A DNA stretch of 64,000 bases from a bacterium (GTDB taxonomy: Bacteria > RBG-13-61-14 > DATKZS01), in contig CAXXFL010000006.1 in assembly GCA_963674965.2 (NCBI GenBank), forward strand, positions 160,001 to 224,000, written 5' to 3'. The notes beneath the pieces were generated by a model. That model was not told the DNA's origin. It saw nothing but the letters and a program-made list of their open reading frames with translations, and ran no database searches. A program made the position numbers and the translations under genes. The first letter of the stretch is position 1. Every line of letters starts with the position of its first letter. This document shows, piece by piece, positions 19,701-28,838 of the stretch.

Positions 19701-20800
19701 ATGTTAGTAAACAAGTCCCCGTCGGGATTGGCCTCGTCGTCGACCGTGTCGGCCATCATGCAGGAATAGGTATTCTCCCAAGCGTCGGCCAATCCATCCC
19801 CATCGTTGTCCGCTTCATCTACAAGGAATATTTTGAGGTCGGAAAAGAAAAACTCGAAGCTAAAAGCAGACTCTATAAAGTAAGCGAAGCCATCGGAGTA
19901 ATAAATTCCCTCAGTTGGCTCCAACGAGTTATATAAACCCACCAACGTTGGATTGGCCGGGTCGGAGACGTCGATCATCAGAAGTCCCGAACCGGTATCC
20001 GCCACGTAGGCGAAGCTTCCAGAGACATGAACGTCACTACTGGATTCTCCGGGGGTATCGTAGTATCCGGCCAAGGTTGGACTGGCGGGGTTCGATACGT
20101 CAATGATTTGAAGACCATAAAATCCATCGGCCACGTATGCGTAGCTTCCGGATACGAAAAGGCCGCTTGAATAACCAGGCGTGTTGTATGATCCCGCCAA
20201 GGCCGGGGACGCGGGATTGGTGACGTCAATGATTTTAAGCCCAGAACCTCCGCCCGCCACGTAAGCGTAATTCCCAATGACTTGGACCTCGGAAGCCGTT
20301 CCAGTTGGTTTGTACGTACCAACGAGACCAGGGGCCGAGGGATTTGTGACGTCAATGATTAAAATGCCCGCGGTATTGTCCGCTATATAGGCGTAATTTC
20401 CCGAGACGTAAACGCCACTGGCATCGTATGTATCGTATGTTCCCGCCAATGATGGAGAGGATGGATCGGAGACGTCTATTATTTTTAGGCCGGCGGCTCT
20501 ATCCGCCACGTATGCATAATTGCCTGAGACATATACATCCAAAGGTCCATCGGTATCATACGAGGCTATCAAATTTGGACTTGAGGGGTCCGAAATATCG
20601 ATTATTTCGATACCGAACCGATACCCCGCCACGTAGGCGTAGTCGCCGGAAACAAAGACACTAGTTGGATATCCCGACGTGTCGTACGATCCCATCAAAA
20701 TAGGGTTCAGTTGCGCCGCCGCGCCGGTCGGTACCGTGAGGGCGAGGGCGATGATGGCCATGATAATGGCGGTTTGAATCCGCGTCCTTTGTTTGGTCAT
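16682..20800 (-). CDS. Large secreted LVIVD-repeat protein with Asp-rich Ca-binding repeats and a dockerin-like C-terminal region
   Basis: Signal peptide; many YDT.G....V.VSG.YAYVAD...GL.IIDVS.P.SP repeats in two blocks; DxDGDG repeats; paired G.VSPLD motifs. Confidence 0.82.
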   Translation of the reverse strand: MTKQRTRIQTAIIMAIIALALTVPTGAAAQLNPILMGSYDTSGYPTSVFVSGDYAYVAGYRFGIEIIDISDPSSPNLIASYDTDGPLDVYVSGNYAYVADRAAGLKIIDVSDPSSPSLAGTYDTYDASGVYVSGNYAYIADNTAGILIIDVTNPSAPGLVGTYKPTGTASEVQVIGNYAYVAGGGSGLKIIDVTNPASPALAGSYNTPGYSSGLFVSGSYAYVADGFYGLQIIDVSNPASPTLAGYYDTPGESSSDVHVSGSFAYVADTGSGLLMIDVSDPANPTLVGLYNSLEPTEGIYYSDGFAYFIESAFSFEFFFSDLKIFLVDEADNDGDGLADAWENTYSCMMADTVDDEANPDGDLFTNMEEYQNIMNPCSVVACSDGVDNDGDGLTDLLDSGCNDNKDNDERGSLFFCDNGIDDDEDGFTDFPEDNDCSGPEDDSEFQAAFLVGSHYDSYWALGVYASGDYAYVAKGEGLAIFDVSYPDSPRQTAGFETYESAWDVFVSGDYAYALCNAFFTTPVIIIDISNKYSPNEIGFIYPPRAYDLHIENSRAYIAAGTDGLFVTEEQSYPHIAGQYDTTGTSYGVFASGGYAYVADGAGLAIIDVSDPETPSLAGYYVTAGTARKVAVSGGYAYVADSGSGLQIIDVSNPSNPTLAGSYNTSGSSYDVSVFSNCAFLADYNSGLQIIDVSSPTSPTLIACYDTPGTALSVHYSNGFVYVADKEYGLHIYNINSHLMDRDGDGMHDDWENSHSCMMGDTADATADYDADGLNNLEEYNVWTDPCDPDTDDDGYLDGFDLDPLDPDVNRYAAEVGLKEDQTRWVEVGEWLGVTFEVYDQKGLFFEGDDSSRFTLAVDGSAVFASSASVGSVISGGGTNQVVAEVSGGVVTIALTDAIAEWVTLTALDTEGLGASMPSAQITVDAISTNNSNSTGGLRFRGNVYHATATTTLTEHSLYLDNENANTMHFLVYESDAADGPWQAVSRVIQTFPGDTTHWFSSGDMHATLTAGKYYAIGAWWESVVNYYISPSSAAPSFGSVLNGCYLDIALPISDYPTLNTYVNFYYQTLKTDSGIMIDVIEALPDTDGDGLSDAVEASLGTDPDYWDSDGDGLPDGFEADNSVGHGDTGLDPLSAGDGLGADFDGDGIENAHEYYNGTDIWEVDVTGGASCFSWGDAGNTVSADGLVSPLDMTALKNRIIGNDASYLGVLPPNGDSQRLMGDPAGVSPLDLSLIQAMISGNDTASNPTIPTDLVVDGATSRSVEEGSTTRVTVSVINSSAIGYSSSFGVVFEIDPSSTGAATLLGGEGPSGSGRYDVSGAMDAGGLASIVVRVDSPGTIYLNATIPSCGDQSGKGRYCPEIEKAPAVTIVGY

Positions 20801-21140
20801 TTGGCTTTCTCCTTTTTGGATGACTAGGCGCCGTATCGTCTTATAATTCGGAGTGCTCGCTAAGAAAACTATAGACTATAACCGATCAAAATACAATCAT
20901 TTTTTTACCCGCCATTTTACTCGTCCCCCGTCGCGGGTTTTTCGTGGGCGGCTTGGGCCGGGACGGTGCGTTTGCGACTCGGGCCTTCATGGCGCCTTGG
21001 CTTCCAATATTTGGCCGACGCGGAATCTTTCACGCGCGGTCGCGGGACCGGGAGGCGGTTTCGCGAATTCGGTTTTGATAAAGTTACCCGCTTGTGATAG
21101 GAATAAGCCGTTAGATTGCAATCGTTATCCGGAGGTGGCC

Positions 21141-21611
21141 ATGGCGGGAAAATCGAAGAAGACCGGGCGGGGCAGAATGATCGTCGACGCGATCGCCGAT
21201 ACCATCATACCGTCAGACGGGCCCGAGCGGCCGGGGGCCCTGGACGTGGAGCTCCCGGACAAGCTGCTCGACTGGCTGGGCCAACTTCCGGGGGCCAGGC
21301 AAGCCTTTGTCGCGTCCTGCTGGTTCTGGGAATTCTCGCCCATATTGACGGGGCGCTTTTGCCGTTTTACCAGTCTTTCCTTCGAGGAGCGCACGGCCCT
21401 GTTCGAGGACTTCGAGAGTTCCCGCTCCTTTACCAGGAGGTGGACCTTTTTCGCGCTCAAGGCGATCATGCTGGCGGTATTTTACAATGACGAGGAAATC
21501 TGGCCGCTTATGGGGTTCAAGCCGGGCTGCCTGTCCGAGCCGCCGGGCAAAGGCGCCCGTCTTTCCATGCGGACCGCCGCAGCCGTTGAAACTTCCGGAG
21601 GGGTGCAATGA
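21141..21611 (+). CDS. Gluconate-2-dehydrogenase subunit 3-like partner protein
   Basis: AIADTIIP...PGA, RFTSLS.EER, FY....W..MGF motifs; GGAGG RBS; ATGA overlap with the GMC gene. Confidence 0.7.
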   Translation: MAGKSKKTGRGRMIVDAIADTIIPSDGPERPGALDVELPDKLLDWLGQLPGARQAFVASCWFWEFSPILTGRFCRFTSLSFEERTALFEDFESSRSFTRRWTFFALKAIMLAVFYNDEEIWPLMGFKPGCLSEPPGKGARLSMRTAAAVETSGGVQ

Positions 21612-23119
21612 TCCACGAGGGCAAGGAGTTTGACCGCGAGGTAAACCTCGACGCCGACGTGGTGGTGGTCGGCTCCGGGGCGGGTGGACCGGTGGTGGCC
21701 AAGGAACTCCAGGAAAAGGGCCGATCGGTGATTTTGCTCGAGGAAGGCGGCAACTACCATACGCGCGACTTCGGCAAGGACGTGATCGAGTCTTTCCGGA
21801 CTTTGTATCGAGACTTCGGCAGCACGGCCGCTCTGGGCATACCCTTCGTGCCCTTTCCGCTGGGCCGCTGTCTTGGCGGGACAACGGCCATCAATTCGGG
21901 CACCTGCTTCAGGACACCGGACGTCATTTTAAAAAGATGGGAGCGAGCGTGGAACCTGCCCGATATTTCGCCGGAATTCATGCGGCCTTACTTCGAGCGG
22001 GTGGAAAAGCTCTATTCGGTAAGCGAAGTTCATCCGGGCAACATGGGTAAAAACGGCGAGATATTCCTTCGCGGCGCTCGCGAGCTTGGTTATTCCTGCG
22101 GTCCATTAAAACGGAACATGGACGAGAACTGCACCGGCTGCGGCGTTTGCACTTTAGGCTGTCCTTCCGACGGCAAGCGGCACACGGGGCTTAACTACAT
22201 TCCCATGGCCGTGGAAAAAGGATGCGAGGTATATTGCGACTTTCGGGTCGAGAAGGTACTGACGCGAGGGAACAGGGCGGTCGGCGTTTCGGGAAGCGTG
22301 CTTAACAGGTCGAACAATAAAAGGAAAACCAATTTCAAAGTATCGGCCAAAGTCGTGGTCATGGCGGCGGGGGCCGTTTGTACTCCTCATCTGTTATTGC
22401 AAAACAAGCTGGCCAACTCGAGCGGCCAGATGGGAAAGAATTTACGGCTTCATCCCGGCATCCGGGTGAGCGCGGTTATGAACGAGGAGGTAAAGGGATG
22501 GCTTGGCGTTCCCCAGGGCGTATATGTTGACGAGTTCTGGGACGAGGGTATCATGCTCGAGGGCATTTTCGTTGGCCCTCTTTTATCGGCGCCTTCACTT
22601 CCTTATTTTGGTCGGAAGTCCAAGGATTTAATGTTTAACTATCCGAATATAGCGGCTTTTGGCGCTATGATTCACGACGAGACCAAGGGCCGGATTCGGC
22701 CGGGACCGCTGGGCCGCCCTCTTATCACCTACTGGCTTAACAAGGAGGACCTTCGCAAGGCGGTCAAGTCGATAGCGTACGCGGCTGAAATCTATTTTGC
22801 CGCCGGGGCCAGGAAAGTATTCACCATTCTCCCCTGGATGCCGGAGATCACGAAAAAGAGCCAGATCGGCGATATCTTGACCGGTCCCACCAGGGCCTCG
22901 GAACTGGAGATGATGGCCTTTCATCCCATGGGATCGGCCCGCATGGGCACGGACCCGGCAAAGTCCGTGACCAACCCCTACGGCGAGACGTTCGACGTGA
23001 AAAACCTTTTCATCGCGGACGCCTGCCTTTTCCCCTCCTGCCTGGGGGTCAATCCCATGGAATCGATCATGGCCTTCGCCAACAGGAACGCCGACTATAT
23101 GCATGAGAGGAAACTGTAA
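21608..23119 (+). CDS. GMC-family FAD oxidoreductase
   Basis: VVVGSGAGG, LEEG, GRCLGGTTAINSG, CxGCGxCxxGC, FHPMGSARMG, GVNP. Confidence 0.9.
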   Translation: MIHEGKEFDREVNLDADVVVVGSGAGGPVVAKELQEKGRSVILLEEGGNYHTRDFGKDVIESFRTLYRDFGSTAALGIPFVPFPLGRCLGGTTAINSGTCFRTPDVILKRWERAWNLPDISPEFMRPYFERVEKLYSVSEVHPGNMGKNGEIFLRGARELGYSCGPLKRNMDENCTGCGVCTLGCPSDGKRHTGLNYIPMAVEKGCEVYCDFRVEKVLTRGNRAVGVSGSVLNRSNNKRKTNFKVSAKVVVMAAGAVCTPHLLLQNKLANSSGQMGKNLRLHPGIRVSAVMNEEVKGWLGVPQGVYVDEFWDEGIMLEGIFVGPLLSAPSLPYFGRKSKDLMFNYPNIAAFGAMIHDETKGRIRPGPLGRPLITYWLNKEDLRKAVKSIAYAAEIYFAAGARKVFTILPWMPEITKKSQIGDILTGPTRASELEMMAFHPMGSARMGTDPAKSVTNPYGETFDVKNLFIADACLFPSCLGVNPMESIMAFANRNADYMHERKL

Positions 23120-23187
23120 GCCGGAACACGGCTGGAACGGTAAAGAGTAAACGTGCCTTCCGCCTTACAGGATGGGCTGGGGACGCC

Positions 23188-23613
23188 TCAGGGCCTCGAG
23201 ATGTCCGATCGGTTCTCGATATTTTTATCGGATTTTCTCTTCTTGCATAATTTTGCCAGAAATATTCCCGCTTGTCCTAATAAATAGGATGGTAGGGATA
23301 AAATTGCAAAAGGCAGCCACATCGCGATATAGAAGCCAAGAATGAACATGTACGGCATGGCCTCAATCGCCGACTTCTCTTTCATTTTATCACGCGTCTC
23401 AGGAACGTATTTCCAGAAAAACTGGTTCATCTGGAAAATAAATCCTAGTGGAATAAGCGCGTGTAAAAAGCATAATATCAGGGCCATAAGCGGAGCTGCG
23501 ATCAGGTTGGAAAAGAAATCGGCATTGGAGGTTTTAAATTCCAAGCCGCCAAGGTTCTCAATCATGTCGCTTATAGCCGGCATTATCGGGTTCTTTTCCA
23601 AGTTAAAGGCCAT
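23188..23613 (-). CDS. Hypothetical membrane protein (AT-rich)
   Basis: Two hydrophobic segments; GGAG before ATG 23613. Confidence 0.45.
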   Translation of the reverse strand: MAFNLEKNPIMPAISDMIENLGGLEFKTSNADFFSNLIAAPLMALILCFLHALIPLGFIFQMNQFFWKYVPETRDKMKEKSAIEAMPYMFILGFYIAMWLPFAILSLPSYLLGQAGIFLAKLCKKRKSDKNIENRSDISRP

Positions 23614-23730
23614 TTGCGCTCCATTATCTCTCTTAGTGAGAAATTTGCATCGATCAGACGCAACTCCAGACATCTCTCTTCATTAGATTCAGAAAGGTAG
23701 TTTTTCCATACTGAAATTAAAGGAAGGGTC

Positions 23731-24543
23731 CTACTTCTTCCTTTTAAAAGGCGGCCTTCTCCTGGGGTTTTTGCCGTCCTCTTCCTTGAAGACGTCCCCC
23801 AGTCCGGAGACGACGTAGGTCCCCGACCTGGCGTCCCGATAGAGCATTATCAGGCCCTGGTCCTCTGCGTCCTCGAGGAGTTCCGTGAACATGCGATAGC
23901 CGTAATAACTCTCGTCGAAGCTCGGGTCCTTGCGCTTCATGGTGTCCTTGACCATGGAGGCGTAGATCACGGGCTTGTTCTCCCGCATGAGGGCCGCCGC
24001 CGAGTCCACCAGCAACTTGAAGACGTCGCGCCTCTCGTTGGGTATCTTGGAAATGGCCTTTTCCGCGCCCGCGGGCTGAAGGTCCTCGTAGTAGATGAAC
24101 TCATCGCAGTTGTCCCGAAGTAGGTTCGAGGTCGAGTCGCGCATGCCCAGGCCGATAACGTACTTGCCGTTTTCCTTGAGCTTGCTCACGAGGGGCGAGA
24201 AGTCCGAGTCTCCCGACACGATGACGAACGTATCGATGTGGGCCTTGGCGTAAGCCATGTCCATAACGTCCACCACCAGCCGGATGTCGGCCGAGTTCTT
24301 GCCCGTGATGTCGCGCTTGGGTATCTCGATCAGCTCGATGGCCGACTCGTGCAGCTTGCGCTTGTACTCGTCATAGCGTATCCAGTCCGCGTAGGCCCTC
24401 TTTACTATCAGTTTTCCTTTTTCGACCAGCCGCGCCAGAACGCGCGATATGTCGAATCTTTCCTTGCTTCCCTTGAACCCGAGGGCCAGGTTCTCGAAGT
24501 CAATAAATACGGCCAGCCTTCTTTCGTAATCGTGCTCTTCCAT
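23731..24543 (-). CDS. NYN (LabA/DUF88, PIN-fold) protein with C-terminal OST-HTH/LOTUS domain
   Basis: FIDFEN, RAYADW, GKNSADIRLVVD, VSGDSDFSPLV; C-terminal MKRKDPSFDESYYGYRMFTELLE. Confidence 0.88.
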   Translation of the reverse strand: MEEHDYERRLAVFIDFENLALGFKGSKERFDISRVLARLVEKGKLIVKRAYADWIRYDEYKRKLHESAIELIEIPKRDITGKNSADIRLVVDVMDMAYAKAHIDTFVIVSGDSDFSPLVSKLKENGKYVIGLGMRDSTSNLLRDNCDEFIYYEDLQPAGAEKAISKIPNERRDVFKLLVDSAAALMRENKPVIYASMVKDTMKRKDPSFDESYYGYRMFTELLEDAEDQGLIMLYRDARSGTYVVSGLGDVFKEEDGKNPRRRPPFKRKK

Positions 24544-24604
24544 GTCCACTCCCGCTTATCGGATGATTCGCGTCGGGTCCAGTCGAGCCGGCCGAGGCGG
24601 CCCG

Positions 24605-24952
24605 CTAACCCGGCGGCCAGGAAAACTTTCGTCCCCCCAGAAGGTGCAGATGGATATGGAAGACCTCTTGACAGGCGTCCTTGTTGGTGTTGAAGACGCT
24701 CCTGTAACCGGCCCCGCTAACGCCCAGGTCCCGGGCTATCCTGGACGCGGCAACCATTAATTTTCCCATTAACGCCGCGTCTCCTTCCTCGAGCCCGTCC
24801 AGGCTGGGAACGTGCTTCTTCGGTATGATAAGCACGTGTACCGGGGCCTGGGGGTTAATGTCCTTGAAAGCTAGGAGGTCGTCGTCCTCAAAAACCTTGT
24901 CCGCCGGAATGTCTCCGGCCACGATCTTGCAAAACAAGCAATCCTCGGCCAT
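24605..24952 (-). CDS. hinT: Histidine triad nucleotide-binding protein
   Basis: CLFCKI, FKDINPQAPVH, HIHLHLLGGR, WPPG. Confidence 0.92.
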   Translation of the reverse strand: MAEDCLFCKIVAGDIPADKVFEDDDLLAFKDINPQAPVHVLIIPKKHVPSLDGLEEGDAALMGKLMVAASRIARDLGVSGAGYRSVFNTNKDACQEVFHIHLHLLGGRKFSWPPG

Positions 24953-25052
24953 CTGCCGCCTCCAGGGGAAGTAGTTTTCCTAGCAACTAATCTAATCCCC
25001 GAGAGGGAGATTTGTCAACACGGGCCCTTTTAGCGGCGTTTACGGGGACATA

Positions 25053-26588
25053 TTAATCGGAGATCTCGAAGAAGACTATCATGCCCTTTTGCGTTTCAGT
25101 TTCGGCGATCGGTTTTAAGCTGTATTTCTTTTTAACCTCCTCCTCCATTTCCTTGAAATAGGGACTGGTAAGAGGGCCAATGTCCGAGAAATATATCCTA
25201 CCCTTTGAAAAGTCCAGAGGCGTTTTCGGGTCGGGCCTGAGGAGCATGTCGGTGGGCGCGCACCTGGCCCCGATGGTGGTGGAAATGGCGGAGGGAAAGG
25301 CGGCGAAATAAAGCGCGTCCTTTGGCAGCTTGTCTTTCATCTCCAGGAGAAACCGGTACTCCCGCTCGCTTTCGGCGCGGAAAGGCTTCTGAGCGTTGGG
25401 TATCCCCGGGATAATGAGAGCGGCCGCGGCCAGCGACAGGGCCACGAGGACGGGGCTGTACTTCCTTTTAAACCCGCCCGCCCAATCGATGGCCGCCGCC
25501 ATGAATCCGGCCAGGCCCGGCGCTAGAAGGAGCTGATATCTTTGCAGGTCGTAGCGGCTCGAGTCGACGTTGATATAAAAGGCGTAGACCAGGAGCATGC
25601 CGAGCATATTGGCGAAGAGGCCGGCCAGCAGGGCTGGTCGCTTTTTCACGAGCACGGCCGCTCCCATAAGGATGAGGGCCGGATAGGCCAGGGGAAGAAG
25701 GTCCCCTCCCATCCAAAAGGACATGCCGCCCAATAGCGGAACGCCGGGGGCCTTCTGGCGAAACGAGCTATAGGCCCCGAACCCCGCCAGGGCCTGCATA
25801 ACCGCCGGCAAAAGGAAGAGACCCAGCCAGAGGTAGTGCTTTCTTTCGAACTTGAAGGGATTTCCCCGCCGCCATTCCTCCAGGGCCCCGAGGATTACGG
25901 GCACGGCCAGGGCCGAGGCCACGCTCTCGAGACGGAACGTCCCGGCCAGGCCCACGGCCGCTCCCCCCGCCAGGAACAGCCCGTCGTTCCTGGTTTTGAC
26001 GAAGGACACGCAAAGGCCCGAGGCCAAAAGCACGGCCGCCATGGCCCCCGGCTCCATGGACGTTCCTCCCGACATGCGAAGATGGAGGGGCCAGGCCGAG
26101 ACCAGCAAGGAGGCTATAAGGGCAGTCGAGCCCCGAAAGCCCAGGGAGCGGACGAAGAACCAGGCCGCCATAACGCCCAGGGCCCCCAGTATGGCGTTCA
26201 GCCCATAGGCGGTTTCCTCCCTTTCCCCCGCCAGGACAAAGCCCGCGGCGAGCAGGGAATGGAAAGCGGGGGGCCACTTGGGCGCTCGGCGTATCCTGGT
26301 ATCATGGTCGCCGGCAACGATGGTCTCACCGAAGCGACCCGTGTGGCGAAGGTTCTCCGCCAGCTCCAGGTGAAGGAACTCGTCGAAGTAAACGTTATGA
26401 GTGTGGTAAACCCAGTATTGCCGGACGGCCCAGGACAAAATAATGATCGCGGCCAGAGCGATAAGCTCGACCCTGCCCGCCTGGATGAACTCCCTCAGGG
26501 CGGCTCGTTCCCGGATGGTAAAATAAATGACCGAGAAAATCAGCGCGGCGATGAAAAAGGGCGCGCCGTGTATGATCAGGGGGGACAA
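25053..26588 (-). CDS. Polytopic membrane protein, GT-C (PMT/ArnT-like) glycosyltransferase candidate
   Basis: About 11-12 TM segments, YFDE in the first external loop, WPP, RY motif near the C-terminal TMs. Confidence 0.6.
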   Translation of the reverse strand: MSPLIIHGAPFFIAALIFSVIYFTIRERAALREFIQAGRVELIALAAIIILSWAVRQYWVYHTHNVYFDEFLHLELAENLRHTGRFGETIVAGDHDTRIRRAPKWPPAFHSLLAAGFVLAGEREETAYGLNAILGALGVMAAWFFVRSLGFRGSTALIASLLVSAWPLHLRMSGGTSMEPGAMAAVLLASGLCVSFVKTRNDGLFLAGGAAVGLAGTFRLESVASALAVPVILGALEEWRRGNPFKFERKHYLWLGLFLLPAVMQALAGFGAYSSFRQKAPGVPLLGGMSFWMGGDLLPLAYPALILMGAAVLVKKRPALLAGLFANMLGMLLVYAFYINVDSSRYDLQRYQLLLAPGLAGFMAAAIDWAGGFKRKYSPVLVALSLAAAALIIPGIPNAQKPFRAESEREYRFLLEMKDKLPKDALYFAAFPSAISTTIGARCAPTDMLLRPDPKTPLDFSKGRIYFSDIGPLTSPYFKEMEEEVKKKYSLKPIAETETQKGMIVFFEISD

Positions 26589-26600
26589 GCTATCGCCTCG

Positions 26601-28730
26601 TCACTGGATATAGCCCAGGGCCTTAAGCTGCTTGACCATTTGCGGAGACAGGTTCTGCTCCTCCGGGACGGTATAGGGCGTCTCGTCCATCCAGGCCTTG
26701 AGCTTGGCCTCCATTTCCATGGCCAGGCCGGGGTCCTTCGAGATCAGGTCGTCCTCCTCGTTCCAGTCGGCTTCCAGGTCGTATAGCTCGGAGGGATAGT
26801 CTCCGCCGAAGGTCTGCATGAATTTTTTGCCGTCCTCCACCAGGGCGTACTGGGGAAGCGACAAATAGGGGCGAGGAGGGTCCTCCCGATGCGTGGGCAG
26901 CATGCACCGGTCCATGACGGCCCGGCCTTTTCTTTGTCCTCCCTCGATCAGGGCCCGAAGGCTCGAGCCCTGTGAGGGAAGGTCCTTGACGCCGAGAACG
27001 TAATCGTACACGGTGGGGGCCACGTCAACCGCGCTGACCACGTCGTCCACCTCGAGGCCGCCGGGCAACTGGCCGCTCTTGGTATCTCGGCCATAGGATA
27101 CGATCAGGGGCACGTGGACGATGGCGTTATACAGGAGTCCGCCGTGGCCGTAGGCGTAACGGACGGGTCTGTCCTGGTAGTCGGCGAGGGACTCTCCGTG
27201 GTCCGCGATGACCACGTACAAATTGGGCGACTGGGGCCTGGGCTCGAGGGCCTCGGCGTACTCGAGGAGCTTTCCCACGTAGTAGTCGGTATAGAAGATT
27301 TCCCCGTCGTAAAGGTCTATCCGGTCCTGGATTTCCTCCGGGCTATAACCTTTCTGGCCGGGCTCGAGGAAGCCGTTTCCACCCAGGGCCCTGGGAAATT
27401 TCTTGCTCGTAAACTTCTCGGTAAAGCCCTTGTGCGGCATGTAGGGCATATGGGGGTCGAAAAAGTGGACCCAGATAAACAGGTCACGGTCCCGGTATTT
27501 CCTGAGCTGGTTGGCCGCCCGCCTGAAGGCGTCCCGCGCCGAGGTCTGGTCGGCCCGAAAGGCGGTCCTCGCCCCGGCCTCGGGGTCGCGAAACCAGGTC
27601 ATGGCGCCGCTCGACTCGTCGAAGCCCTCGATGCCCATGTCGAAAGGCATCAGCCTCGGCCTCGAGGTGACGGCCGAGGTGGTGAAGCCTCGCTCGCCCA
27701 GTATCTCGGCCATGGACTTGACGTTGCCCGTCACCTTCTGGAAGAGCCGGGCCAGGCCGTGGGTCCTGGGGTAATAGCCGGTCAAGATCGAGGCGTGGGA
27801 CGGGTCGGTTACGCCCATGGGACAAAAGGACTTTTTAAACAATACGCCCGAGGCCGCCAGCGCGTCCAGGTTGGGACTGGTCTTCCTTTCATAGCCGTAG
27901 CAGGAAAGATGGTCGGCCCGGACCGTGTCCAGGGTGATGAGTATCACCCGGTTCCTGACCGGGGCCTTGGGGTTGGACGCCGAATAATCCGAATAATAAC
28001 CCAAAACAGAAGCGGCCAGGGCGATGAGGATCGACGCGTACGTCGAGTAGCGCCGGAATTTTCCCGCGCCGCCGGGCGCGTTCCACTTGGCCAGGATCAG
28101 CCACCACAGCGCCGCGCCCGCTACCAGCCCGATACCAACGTGACGGAACATAGGCTCCGTGATGAATGAATCGACCTGCCTGAGAGGAAACGTGACCAGG
28201 GCCGACGCGATCAATAGATACGCCGACTGCCGCGCCGCGGCGATCGCCTTCTCATCAATAATGGACCCGACCCGCCCGGACAATAAATCGAAGGCCATCC
28301 AGAAGCCGTAATGAAGGCCCCCCGAGATGACCGAGCAAAGAATGGTCAAGGCCAGTCTGGTCCCGAGCCCGGGCACGAGGTAGTAATAGTGAATGGAGAA
28401 TATCACCCCGGCGGTCGCGCCGGCGGCCACGCCCAGTCCCGCCCACCTCCGACCCGGATCGTCCAGGTCCAGGCAGGCCAGGGCCGCAAGGCCGCGGGCT
28501 TTCCCGATGATAAAGGCCAGGAAGGTCGAGGGCTCGCGCCGTACGGCGTCTCTTGCGACCCAAAGTCCCGTGCCGATCCACCAGGGCTTGATCCACTCGC
28601 TAAGAGATATCTTGATCCCCGCCACCACCCATTTGTGATCTCCCGTGAACCAGACGGCCATGGCGGAGAAAAAGAAAAAAAGACCCAGAAGCCTGAGTAT
28701 TATTCCCGCGACTTTTCTTGTTTTATTCAT
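26601..28730 (-). CDS. Membrane-anchored sulfatase-like (alkaline phosphatase superfamily) protein
   Basis: About 7 N-terminal TMs; ITLDTVRADHL, TDPSHASILTG, HFFDPHMPY, YDGEI, ADHGE, LKALGY. Confidence 0.85.
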   Translation of the reverse strand: MNKTRKVAGIILRLLGLFFFFSAMAVWFTGDHKWVVAGIKISLSEWIKPWWIGTGLWVARDAVRREPSTFLAFIIGKARGLAALACLDLDDPGRRWAGLGVAAGATAGVIFSIHYYYLVPGLGTRLALTILCSVISGGLHYGFWMAFDLLSGRVGSIIDEKAIAAARQSAYLLIASALVTFPLRQVDSFITEPMFRHVGIGLVAGAALWWLILAKWNAPGGAGKFRRYSTYASILIALAASVLGYYSDYSASNPKAPVRNRVILITLDTVRADHLSCYGYERKTSPNLDALAASGVLFKKSFCPMGVTDPSHASILTGYYPRTHGLARLFQKVTGNVKSMAEILGERGFTTSAVTSRPRLMPFDMGIEGFDESSGAMTWFRDPEAGARTAFRADQTSARDAFRRAANQLRKYRDRDLFIWVHFFDPHMPYMPHKGFTEKFTSKKFPRALGGNGFLEPGQKGYSPEEIQDRIDLYDGEIFYTDYYVGKLLEYAEALEPRPQSPNLYVVIADHGESLADYQDRPVRYAYGHGGLLYNAIVHVPLIVSYGRDTKSGQLPGGLEVDDVVSAVDVAPTVYDYVLGVKDLPSQGSSLRALIEGGQRKGRAVMDRCMLPTHREDPPRPYLSLPQYALVEDGKKFMQTFGGDYPSELYDLEADWNEEDDLISKDPGLAMEMEAKLKAWMDETPYTVPEEQNLSPQMVKQLKALGYIQ

Positions 28731-28838
28731 CTCGTTAAAAAGGCGGAACCGGTTTTACTCGTCCCGCCGATTAAAAATTTAACACTCGATTCGGGCAATT
28801 ATCAAGCGAGCGCCCGAGCAAGGCCGGGAAAAGCCACG

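Noticed and set aside
18600-20700. Periodic DNA repeats suggesting a CRISPR array or DGR
   Set aside because: They are degenerate in-frame LVIVD coding repeats; no cas or reverse transcriptase genes are present
20853-21140. 96-aa N-terminal extension of the GMC partner ORF
   Set aside because: A strong GGAGG RBS precedes ATG 21141; the upstream part looks intergenic
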